Source: Candidatus Woesearchaeota archaeon (GTDB taxonomy: Archaea; Nanobdellota; Nanobdellia; SCGC-AAA011-G17; GW2011-AR18). Taken from it: DNA of 33,300 nucleotides. The notes beneath the pieces are model-generated. The model saw only the letters and a list, made by a program, of their open reading frames with translations, was not told where the DNA came from and ran no database searches. Numbering within the stretch: the stretch's first letter is position 1; the number at the start of each line of letters is the position of its first letter. Below are positions 1 through 7,934 of the stretch, in pieces. The translations under genes were made by a program, and so were the position numbers. The DNA lies in NCBI GenBank assembly GCA_964467335.1, contig CAYXPX010000004.1:1-33300 (forward strand), in the 5' to 3' direction.

Positions 1-30
1 GATGTCAGCAAACAATTTCGTAATAAATAT

Positions 31-216
31 ATGAAAAAATGGAATTGGGACATGTTTGACCAGAGGGAAGCAATAAAAAAGGCATATAAGGTTGATAAAG
101 TTGGAAAGAAAAAATATGAAGCCTATACAAAACAAAAAGAACAAAAAAAGATAATTTTTGTTTGTTATAAAGAGTATGATTCAATATTTATAATATCCGG
201 AGCTGAAGTAAAATGA
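31..216 (+). CDS. small hypothetical protein (61 aa from the first ATG); the frame stays open back to nt 1, so it may be 5'-truncated by the window edge
   Basis: ORF track. No stop in frame between nt 1 and 30. Its stop overlaps the next start (ATGA at 213-216). The C-terminal 'KIIFVCYKEYDSIFIISGAE' looks like the strand-rich tail of small type II toxins, but I recognise no family. Confidence 0.4.
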   Translation: MKKWNWDMFDQREAIKKAYKVDKVGKKKYEAYTKQKEQKKIIFVCYKEYDSIFIISGAEVK

Positions 217-554
217 AGAAATGTCCAGTATGTGAAAAAGGAAATTTGATAGATGCAGATGATATAGCCTCTGAAATTGAAGGTCATTTTTTTATAGAAA
301 GAGGAACAAGATGCAATAAGTGCGGTGAGGAATTCCTATCTGAAAAAAATTCACAAAAGACAATTGAAATTGCTAAAAACCTTGGCATATGGGGCGAACC
401 GCTTAAATTACATAGAAAATTAAGCAAGAGTGCAAGAGGCACAGTATTAAGAATACCTGTGGATATAGAAAAAAGCATGAATATTAGGGGAGAGGAAGAT
501 ATTTTGATATCAAGGATAGGGAAAAATAAATTATTAATAGAGATAAATACATAA
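213..554 (+). CDS. YgiT/MqsA-type zinc-ribbon protein fused to a SpoVT/AbrB-like domain (putative antitoxin or DNA-binding regulator)
   Basis: CxxC...CxxC (C4/C7 and C34/C37) at the N-terminus. The C-terminal 'GTVLRIPVDIEKSMNIRGEEDILISRIGKNKLLIE' fits the AbrB/MazE swapped-hairpin pattern. 4-nt overlap with the upstream ORF. Confidence 0.6.
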   Translation: MKKCPVCEKGNLIDADDIASEIEGHFFIERGTRCNKCGEEFLSEKNSQKTIEIAKNLGIWGEPLKLHRKLSKSARGTVLRIPVDIEKSMNIRGEEDILISRIGKNKLLIEINT

Positions 555-664
555 TTTGTCAATTAGGACATTCTAAATTTTTCAGTTTCTATTTTTTAGC
601 CAGAATTCTGAATTAGACATAATCAGTTGTTAGTTTCAATTTTTCCCATGCATTAGAATAAAAA

Positions 665-1459
665 TTATCTTCCTTTCCATGCATTTTCAAACATGACAGC
701 CAAAGAACTTGCAAAAAACGGGGTATTTACCCAGACACCTACATCTGCACTTTCATGAGTATCCTTATCATTTGCCACCATAAACACAAGATCCCTGCTG
801 TCTGCAATAATAAACCTTGATTTCATATCCAGATCTTTTACCTCTGCAAACTCGCTCAGCTCTTTTGCAGCGCTTTTTGCCTTTTCGCTTTTTAGAGGAG
901 CTGCAATTCTTATCTTTACCTTGTTCTGCTTTAATTTTCTTAGCGTTGATTTCATATACTCAATCTTTCTAACAAGGCCGTCTGAAGTTGTTGAAATTAT
1001 AACTTCCTTTTCTGCATTTCCAAGAACATTTAAAATATGATCATAAATATTTGTTCTTCCCCTGAAACTTCCTGCTATTGTAGATGGATCAATATGCTCT
1101 ATTCCATGCTTGTAAAGAAGGCTAAGCTCATCAAAAACATCTGTCTTCTGCACATTATCTATGCTCTTTACGTGATTTTCAGCTCTTTCCAATATTGTTT
1201 TCTTAACTCTCTTTACAATTTCCTGCGGGCTTACAGCAAGGTACTTAATAGGCCTGCCAAGCTTCATTATAATAAAACCTTTCTTTTCAAGACTCTCAAG
1301 AATGTCATAGCTTCTGCTTCTTGGCACATTGCTCATATCGCTTAATTCGCCTGCTGTTGCAGTGCCCTTGCTAAGCAAAGCTACCCATACCTTTACCTCA
1401 TAAATGTTAAGGTTAAATGCGCTTCTTAATTTCTTTAGTGTTTCTTCACTTACTACCAT
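665..1459 (-). CDS. trmB: TrmB-family transcriptional regulator
   Basis: N-terminal winged helix 'LNIYEVKVWVALLSKGTATAGELSDMSNVPRSRSYDILESLEKKGFI' is the typical TrmB signature. At 264 aa it has the C-terminal effector-type domain. Confidence 0.8.
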   Translation of the reverse strand: MVVSEETLKKLRSAFNLNIYEVKVWVALLSKGTATAGELSDMSNVPRSRSYDILESLEKKGFIIMKLGRPIKYLAVSPQEIVKRVKKTILERAENHVKSIDNVQKTDVFDELSLLYKHGIEHIDPSTIAGSFRGRTNIYDHILNVLGNAEKEVIISTTSDGLVRKIEYMKSTLRKLKQNKVKIRIAAPLKSEKAKSAAKELSEFAEVKDLDMKSRFIIADSRDLVFMVANDKDTHESADVGVWVNTPFFASSLAVMFENAWKGR

Positions 1460-1584
1460 TTTATCTCCAATTAGGAGTAATGCCGAATATATATAAAGTT
1501 TACTATTTTCGTAACTTTCAGGTAAATAATAATAGTAGTAATAATAAGAACAATTTTTATATAGTTATAGGGACCAAAAACCGC

Positions 1585-2025
1585 ATGGGAATGCTATCCA
1601 GTCTTTTTGGGAACAGCGATTCATTCAAAGTAAAAAAATTAAAAGAGATATCTGATGCTATCGAACTTATGAATCCTTTGCAGTCTTATGATCCAAAAAG
1701 AAATATAAAATTAGAAGATCTGATAAGATATCCCACATTGGCCATAGGTGCTGGAAAAATTCTTAATATTTTAAGGCAGGTCAATAACAAAAAGGAGCTT
1801 AAGAGAGCAATAGAAGATGGGGACATAAGCAAAAAAGATCATGAAGATATAAAAAGAATGTGCGAAAGCTTCACAAGAAAAATCGAAAGAATAGAGGGAG
1901 AAATAAGAACTATGAGCGAAAGCAGGATAAGTGGGATAAAAGAGGAGGCTCGCCAAGTAAATGCTGGATTTATAAGATTAAAAGAACTTATTCCAAGGCT
2001 TGCAAAAATAGTATCTGAATGCTAA
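1585..2025 (+). CDS. hypothetical protein (146 aa)
   Basis: ORF 1417..2025 trimmed to the ATG at 1585 ('MGMLSSLFG...'). The upstream part overlaps the trmB start and is low-complexity. Helical, charged sequence with no recognised motif. Confidence 0.5.
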   Translation: MGMLSSLFGNSDSFKVKKLKEISDAIELMNPLQSYDPKRNIKLEDLIRYPTLAIGAGKILNILRQVNNKKELKRAIEDGDISKKDHEDIKRMCESFTRKIERIEGEIRTMSESRISGIKEEARQVNAGFIRLKELIPRLAKIVSEC

Positions 2026-2630
2026 ACTTCTTCAGCCACCTTATTTTTTATAAGCACTTCTGAAACCTTTACAGGAAGAACAGCCTTGTCGTTTGTATCA
2101 TACGGGCCGTAGGTCTTCATATCTTCACCTGAAAATTCAGGCACTGATGTTAAAAATTTTACATATTTCTCATTTATATTCTGATTTACTGCCGAACCAG
2201 GCCTTTCAAAATGCGAAATGGATCCCATTATAAGTTTGTGAAGCGTATTCTCCCTGTAAATATTAAACAATGTAACAAGTTCTATATATAATTTATATTC
2301 CTCCTCTACCAGATTTTCTGCTTCCTGAAGCTTCTGGCCTGTCCTTGAATTGAACAATGCCAGCTGAACAATCTTTGCCTCTCTTCTTTCATGCAGCTCT
2401 TTTAATATTCCTTTTGCATTGTCAAGCTGCCGTCTTGTCTTTGTTATGCTCTGCTCTGCAAATATGCTGTCCTTGCTTTTTTGATTTTCGAGTATTGCCT
2501 CTTTCTCATTTATGTATGAGGCAACTTTTTGGTTAAAATCCCGGTCAAGCTTCTGTATTTCTTTTTTATACTTTTCAAGCCTTAAGATATCATATATCCT
2601 ATCATAAGTTATTATACTGCTTTCTTCCAT
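2022..2630 (-). CDS. gins51: DNA replication complex GINS subunit (Gins51/Gins15-type)
   Basis: Helical A-domain with 'LHERREAKIVQLAL'. C-terminal B-domain 'VKFLTSVPEFSGEDMKTYGPYDTNDKAVLPVKVSEVLIKNKVAEEV' closely matches the archaeal Gins51 pattern (V.vl.diPeF.G.DgrtYGPf..gDvv.LP...a..Li..g.A). Confidence 0.7.
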   Translation of the reverse strand: MEESSIITYDRIYDILRLEKYKKEIQKLDRDFNQKVASYINEKEAILENQKSKDSIFAEQSITKTRRQLDNAKGILKELHERREAKIVQLALFNSRTGQKLQEAENLVEEEYKLYIELVTLFNIYRENTLHKLIMGSISHFERPGSAVNQNINEKYVKFLTSVPEFSGEDMKTYGPYDTNDKAVLPVKVSEVLIKNKVAEEV

Positions 2631-2696
2631 GCAAAAACAAAAAATAAACTTAAATTTAAAACTTTATATTCTTCAGAATATCATTAATAAACGCAC

Positions 2697-3968
2697 CTAA
2701 ACAACATTTACCTGCATTTTATCTGCTGTAAAACCAACAACATTAAGCAAATCCTTCCCAATTATTTTTCCGTAGCATCCGTTTATGCACTCTTTTTCAG
2801 TAAACCTTACAACTTCATCGCTCTTCCCCTTTCCATAATGAACAACCGGGACAGGATTAGATGTGCGCGCCTTCATTTCGCATGGCGTGCTGTGATCGCC
2901 TGCAACAACAATTTCAACACCGCCAATATCAATAAGAAAATTAACAAATTTTTTATCAATAATCTCAATCACCTTTTTCTTTTCCTTTGGCCTGTTTTCC
3001 ATGCCGCAGATATCAGGCTGATTAAAATATACAAATAAATTTTCAAAAGTTTTGTTTTTTAATGCTGTTTTTGCATCGCTTATCTGCTTATCAAGGGAAT
3101 CATAAACATTTTCAAATATGTCTGTGCTCTCGGCCTTTCTGTAAAAATTGTTCAGCACATTCATCCCTGCCAATTTTGAAATTGCTGCAGAGCCTGCTGT
3201 GGATATTACTGCTGCCCAATTTTGCTTCTTTTCAAGATTCGGCAGTGAATTTCCTGCATCTCTTGGAATTACCACATTTGCAGGCAGGAGATATCTCTTT
3301 TTTCTTTTTTCATTGATTTCATGATTTTTTAGAATTTCGTGGCTCTTTAATGCAAATTCATTTATGAGCCTTGCGGCCAATTTTGTTTTTTTATCAGGAT
3401 CCAATGCCCTGCATTCCTGTACAATATTTACATCATTGGATAATGTCACGCCGAATCTTCCAACTTTCCTGTACGCAGGATCCATGTTTGAGATGTTTGC
3501 TGATAAATTTTCCCTAAATACCAAAAAACCCTCATGTCCTACTATCGGCATAAAGACAAAAGGCACTGCAAGCTTTAATTTTTTATTGATATCTTCAGCG
3601 AGTTCAACGGCTTCTTTTGTTGTGAGGCTTCTCCCTGCCCTTCTTTCAATTATCTTTTTATTTTCTATTGTTGAAAAATTTGTTTTCAATGCAAGCCAGC
3701 CGTCTTTGTAATTAAATCCAGAGCCGTATGCTGCAAGCGGACCCCCGCCAGTATAGTGCTGATACGGATCATAGCCTAGCAGCGCCATCAGTGATTCGTC
3801 GCTTTTTGGAGGCACCTGCGCGTTTAATGCATAAATATATCCGGAATTTCCATTTGATGAAACATAATCAAGATTCTGCGTATCTGCTGCTTCAAGGGGC
3901 GTTTCTCCATCAAGCAGAGCACACGGCTTATCACCAATTCCGCTTAAAATAACAAAAACCTTTACCAT
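2697..3968 (-). CDS. apgM: 2,3-bisphosphoglycerate-independent phosphoglycerate mutase, archaeal type
   Basis: 'ILSGIGDKPCALLDGETPLEAA', 'KSDESLMALLGYDP', 'AGDHSTPC' are characteristic ApgM (alkaline-phosphatase superfamily) blocks. 423 aa. Confidence 0.85.
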   Translation of the reverse strand: MVKVFVILSGIGDKPCALLDGETPLEAADTQNLDYVSSNGNSGYIYALNAQVPPKSDESLMALLGYDPYQHYTGGGPLAAYGSGFNYKDGWLALKTNFSTIENKKIIERRAGRSLTTKEAVELAEDINKKLKLAVPFVFMPIVGHEGFLVFRENLSANISNMDPAYRKVGRFGVTLSNDVNIVQECRALDPDKKTKLAARLINEFALKSHEILKNHEINEKRKKRYLLPANVVIPRDAGNSLPNLEKKQNWAAVISTAGSAAISKLAGMNVLNNFYRKAESTDIFENVYDSLDKQISDAKTALKNKTFENLFVYFNQPDICGMENRPKEKKKVIEIIDKKFVNFLIDIGGVEIVVAGDHSTPCEMKARTSNPVPVVHYGKGKSDEVVRFTEKECINGCYGKIIGKDLLNVVGFTADKMQVNVV

Positions 3969-4007
3969 AAATGTTTTAAACTGGACTTATTTTTAAAGAT
4001 TATTGCA

Positions 4008-5003
4008 ATGAAAATCAAGCAAATTCCAGAGGATTTTATTGTAGATGAGGCACTGGAATTAAAGATTTCTAAAAGCAAAAGAGATTATTCCATAATAAAA
4101 CTCACAAAAAAAGGCATTGAAACTTTCAAACTTATGAAATTACTTTCAAAGATACTTGGGGTAAAACAGAAGTTTATAGGATTTGCAGGTCTTAAAGACA
4201 AGAATGCCGTAACAACACAATTTATTTCTTTATACAAAATTCCAAAGGAAAAAATTGAAAGCTTAAAAATAAAAGATGCTAGAATAAAATTTATAGGCTA
4301 TGCAAAAAACAGGATAAATCTCGGCGATCTTGATGGAAACAATTTTAGAATAACTTTAAGAGATTTAGAAGATAAATTTAAAATACCAAAAAATATACAG
4401 GTAGAAAATTATTTTGACAAGCAAAGATTCGGCGTTGATAAAAATACCCATCTTGTCGGTAGGGCAATTGTTAAAAGGGATTTTAATGGGGCATGCAAAA
4501 TACTCGGCTTAGCTGCTGATAAAAACAGCATTCAGGAGCTTAGAAGACAGCCTAAAAGATTATTGAGATTCTATGTTGCTGCATACCAGTCCTATCTATG
4601 GAACAAAATTCTTGCAGGGATTATGTCCAAAAAAAGAAATGCTGTCAGTTACGAATATTCAATTGGCAAAATATTTTTTTCAAGAAGCAGAATTAAAAAC
4701 TTCAGGATCCCTCTTATCAATTTTGATTTGGAGAAAGACAAATATGTTAAAAATATTATGAATGAAGAAGGAATAAAAAAAGAGGATTTTATATTCAGAG
4801 AACTTCCTGAACTTATATCTGAATCACAGGAGAGAGATGCTTTTATCAACGTAAAAAAAATAAAATCCAGATGGGGCAGAGACGATCTAAATAAAGGGAA
4901 GCTGAAGCTTGAAGTTTCTTTTTTCCTGCCAAAGGGGGCATATGCAACAATGGTTCTGAAAAAGATTGAAGCAATATATTCCAGACAAACAAAAGCCTTT
5001 TAA
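4008..5003 (+). CDS. truD: tRNA pseudouridine(13) synthase TruD
   Basis: 'PEDFIVDE' N-terminus and the catalytic-Asp block 'FAGLKDKNAVTTQ' are typical of TruD/Pus7. 331 aa. Confidence 0.85.
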   Translation: MKIKQIPEDFIVDEALELKISKSKRDYSIIKLTKKGIETFKLMKLLSKILGVKQKFIGFAGLKDKNAVTTQFISLYKIPKEKIESLKIKDARIKFIGYAKNRINLGDLDGNNFRITLRDLEDKFKIPKNIQVENYFDKQRFGVDKNTHLVGRAIVKRDFNGACKILGLAADKNSIQELRRQPKRLLRFYVAAYQSYLWNKILAGIMSKKRNAVSYEYSIGKIFFSRSRIKNFRIPLINFDLEKDKYVKNIMNEEGIKKEDFIFRELPELISESQERDAFINVKKIKSRWGRDDLNKGKLKLEVSFFLPKGAYATMVLKKIEAIYSRQTKAF

Positions 5004-5025
5004 AGATTTGCGGGATAATAACAGA

Positions 5026-6234
5026 ATGTTCAAATTTTTAAAAGATAAACTAAAAAATGCAATTTCCAGCATATCCAAAAAAGTTGAAGAAGAAGCGCCA
5101 GAAGAGAAAATAGAGATAAAAGAAAAACCAGAAAAAAATAAAGAAGAGAAAAAAACAACAGTAAAAAAGAAAACAGGCAAGGCCAAGCAAGAAATTCCTA
5201 AAGAAATAAAAGAGGAGAAAGCTGAAACCGCCAAAGAAATAAAAGATGAAAAAAAAGGATTCTTTTCAAAACTAAAAGACAAGCTTGTAAAAAAAGAGGA
5301 AGTTGAGGAACCAAAACCAATTGAGGAATTAAAGGAAGAAAAAGAAGAGGATAAAAAAACATTTTTTGGGCGAATAAAAGAGAAGGTAACAACAACAAAA
5401 ATATCTGAAGAAAAATTTGAAGATTTGTTTTCGGACCTTGAGATTGCGCTTCTTGAGAACAATGTTGCATTTGAGGTTGTTGAAAAAATAAAAGATGACC
5501 TAAAAAAAGACATTGTTGAAAAGCCAATAAAGAGAGGAGAGGTTGAAAACAAAATAAAAAGTTCGTTAAAGGAAAGCATAGAAGATTTATTTTTAGTTCC
5601 AAAAATAAACTTAATAGAAAAAATAAAAGAAAAAAAAGAAAAGCCATATATTATCTGTGTAATTGGACAGAATGGTAGTGGGAAAACAACATCTATAGCC
5701 AAACTAACTCATTTATTTAAAAAAAATGGTTTGTCAGTGGTTTTAGCAGCCAGCGATACTTTCAGAAAAGGGTCGATACAACAATTAGAAGAATGGGGCT
5801 CTCTACTTAATACTAAAGTTATTAAACATGATTATGGAAGTGATAGTGCAGCAGTAGCATTTGATTCAATTTCTTACGCAAAAGCACATAACATTGATGT
5901 GGTATTGATTGATACTGCTGGAAGACAACATTCTAACAAAGACTTAATGAATGAACTACATAAGGTTGTTAGGGTTACCAAACCAGATTTAAAAATATTT
6001 GTTGGTGAAGCAATAACTGGTGGTGATTGTGTAAATCAAGCACAAGAATTTAATGAAGCCATAGGAATAGATGCTATAATTTTAGCTAAGGCAGATGTTG
6101 ATGAAAAAGGTGGGGCTATAATCTCAACTTCCTATGTTGTACACAGGCCAATAGTATATTTAGGAGTAGGCCAAAATCCAGAAGACCTTAAAGAGTTTGA
6201 TAAAGAAAAAATAATTAAAAATTTGGGCTTTTGA
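5026..6234 (+). CDS. ftsY: signal recognition particle receptor FtsY with a long Lys/Glu-rich N-terminal (A-type) region
   Basis: ORF 4966..6234 trimmed to the ATG at 5026 ('MFKFLKDKLKNAIS', a typical FtsY start that avoids overlap with truD). SRP-GTPase motifs 'GQNGSGKTTSIAKL', 'DTAGR', 'AKADVDEKGG'. Confidence 0.9.
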   Translation: MFKFLKDKLKNAISSISKKVEEEAPEEKIEIKEKPEKNKEEKKTTVKKKTGKAKQEIPKEIKEEKAETAKEIKDEKKGFFSKLKDKLVKKEEVEEPKPIEELKEEKEEDKKTFFGRIKEKVTTTKISEEKFEDLFSDLEIALLENNVAFEVVEKIKDDLKKDIVEKPIKRGEVENKIKSSLKESIEDLFLVPKINLIEKIKEKKEKPYIICVIGQNGSGKTTSIAKLTHLFKKNGLSVVLAASDTFRKGSIQQLEEWGSLLNTKVIKHDYGSDSAAVAFDSISYAKAHNIDVVLIDTAGRQHSNKDLMNELHKVVRVTKPDLKIFVGEAITGGDCVNQAQEFNEAIGIDAIILAKADVDEKGGAIISTSYVVHRPIVYLGVGQNPEDLKEFDKEKIIKNLGF

Positions 6235-6247
6235 TTTAATTGAAACA

Positions 6248-6778
6248 TTAAATAACAAAACCATATCCCTTCAGCAGCAAACCAACACCATAGCCTACCA
6301 AGGCAGCAATTATACCTATAATCATCATCTCAAAACCGCTTTTCTTCCAGCTACCAATACTTAACTTTGCTTTCAATGCTCCTACAAAAAACAATACAAG
6401 TGCTGAAAATATTAATGAAACAACAATTGCACTTTTAATATTAAGGAAGAAAAATGGAATCAATGGTATTAAGCTTCCAGCAACAGTTGAAATTCCAACA
6501 GTAAAAGCGCTTCTAATAGGTTTTTCAAACTCCACGAGGTGAAGCTTGTGTTTTATGCTTGTGTAATAATCTTTTGCAGCTTTTGAAGAGGTGTAGGCAA
6601 CAGCAGCCATACTTACGCTTTCTGCAACTGTTGCAACTATCCCTGAAATTATAACAATATTTGTGTTTAATGTTGCACCTGCAACTCCGAGAACAAGACC
6701 AAGAACATTTACCAATCCATCCTGGCCTCCAAGAATAAAATCCCTGAAGTTGACTTTATCATTAATCTCTTTTTTCAT
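6248..6778 (-). CDS. VIT1/CCC1-family iron/manganese transporter (membrane domain only)
   Basis: 'ILGGQDGLVNVLGLVLGVAGA' is the VIT-family signature. About 5 predicted hydrophobic helices. Confidence 0.7.
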   Translation of the reverse strand: MKKEINDKVNFRDFILGGQDGLVNVLGLVLGVAGATLNTNIVIISGIVATVAESVSMAAVAYTSSKAAKDYYTSIKHKLHLVEFEKPIRSAFTVGISTVAGSLIPLIPFFFLNIKSAIVVSLIFSALVLFFVGALKAKLSIGSWKKSGFEMMIIGIIAALVGYGVGLLLKGYGFVI

Positions 6779-6853
6779 TAAATTTTTTAGATTACTGCCA
6801 ATATAAACTTTACTATAGAAAAGTTTATAACATATACAATTGAAAAATGCATT

Positions 6854-7897
6854 ATGTCTGAATTATCAAGAAGGGGTTTTCTTGGGGGCATTTTAGCAGG
6901 CATTGGCGCAGCACTTGCTCCGAGATTGGTTCTGGCTTTAGGTTCATTAGACCCAAAAAAAATAAAAGCAGAACAATATAAAAATCAATATTGCCTAAGA
7001 ATTGTTGCACGAAATGGAGAAAGTTACGCCTCTATTTCTAAGTTATATACAGGTTCAGAAAAATATACAGGAACGATAAGAAACTTTAACGATAATAAAC
7101 CCTTTAACTTAAAAGATTATTATTACATTCCTTACAATTATGTAAGAAAGTTAATAACAGATATATTATCAGAAAATAAATTCTCGGTATTTGAAATAGA
7201 TGAACAAGGAGAAGAACAAGGCATTGGAACCTTATTTGATATAGCTACAAATTTTCTAAACGATAAAGTTGGAATAGCTGAAAGAATAGATATTTTATTG
7301 GTTATTAATACAGACGTAAATCCGATAAACAAGATAGTTTATCCAGGACAGCAAATATTAGTTCCAGATTCTTTAGTAAAACAAGAGGCAGTTGAAGGGG
7401 CTTCTAAGCCAGAAACTCAACAGCCAGCAATAAGAGCTACACCCCAAAGAAGTGCAAGGCAAAATCCATTTAGAACAGATGTGAGTTATATTAGAAGAAG
7501 GATAAGACCAAGAGATAGATTTGGAGCGTCAAGAATCCGTGGTGGCAGAGGAAGATATTCTATTACTAAACATACTGGTTTGGATTTAGTTGCGCCAATA
7601 GGAACACCACTTTATCCTATAGAAACAGGTACTATAATTGCAGTGAGTAATGGTGGCGGCAGGTTTTGGAGAAACGGTAAATCTGTGAAATATAAGACAA
7701 ATTCTGGTTTAGAAATAATATATATCCATCTTTCTTCTTATAATGTAAAGGCCGGACAAAAAATAGATCTAAAAACCATGCTTGGAAGAGTTGGCATTAC
7801 AGGCAATGCTTCAGCAGATAATCCTCATGTTCATATACAAGTAAAAACAAGGGGTAAAGCAGTAAACCCAGAACCATATATAGTTGTAGACTCTTAA
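6854..7897 (+). CDS. Tat-signal secreted M23 (LytM-type) peptidoglycan endopeptidase with two degenerate LysM-like segments
   Basis: N-terminal twin-arginine motif 'SRRGFLGGILAGIGAALAP'. M23 zinc motifs 'HTGLDL' (HxxxD) and 'PHVHIQV' (HxH). Two segments read as LysM-like: 'YCLRIVARNGESYASISKLY...IRNFN' and 'LFDIATNF...IVYPGQQILVP'. Confidence 0.8.
   Translation: MSELSRRGFLGGILAGIGAALAPRLVLALGSLDPKKIKAEQYKNQYCLRIVARNGESYASISKLYTGSEKYTGTIRNFNDNKPFNLKDYYYIPYNYVRKLITDILSENKFSVFEIDEQGEEQGIGTLFDIATNFLNDKVGIAERIDILLVINTDVNPINKIVYPGQQILVPDSLVKQEAVEGASKPETQQPAIRATPQRSARQNPFRTDVSYIRRRIRPRDRFGASRIRGGRGRYSITKHTGLDLVAPIGTPLYPIETGTIIAVSNGGGRFWRNGKSVKYKTNSGLEIIYIHLSSYNVKAGQKIDLKTMLGRVGITGNASADNPHVHIQVKTRGKAVNPEPYIVVDS
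7560..7870 (+). other. M23 peptidase catalytic domain within CDS 6854..7897
   Basis: Region from 'KHTGLDLVAPIGTPLYPIETGTI' to 'GNASADNPHVHIQVK'. Confidence 0.75.
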
Positions 7898-7934
7898 AAG
7901 CTAATTTTATAAACCTTTCATAATTTAGAAATCT

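Noticed and set aside
1417-1584. Longer N-terminal extensions offered by the ORF track (1417 for the 146-aa protein; 4966 for ftsY; 14065 for the HEAT protein; 14015 for the 100-aa protein; 26613 for the membrane protein; 16212 for the basic protein).
   Set aside because: The extensions overlap neighbouring genes or promoters and encode implausible hydrophobic or low-complexity leaders. Internal ATGs give family-typical N-termini or tidy stop/start overlaps.
4887-5702. Long minus-strand ORFs (4887..5702, 271 aa; 5198..5647, 149 aa) rich in Ser/Phe/Leu.
   Set aside because: They are antisense shadows of the Lys/Glu-rich (AAR/GAR) FtsY N-terminal region. They have low-complexity composition and no start context.
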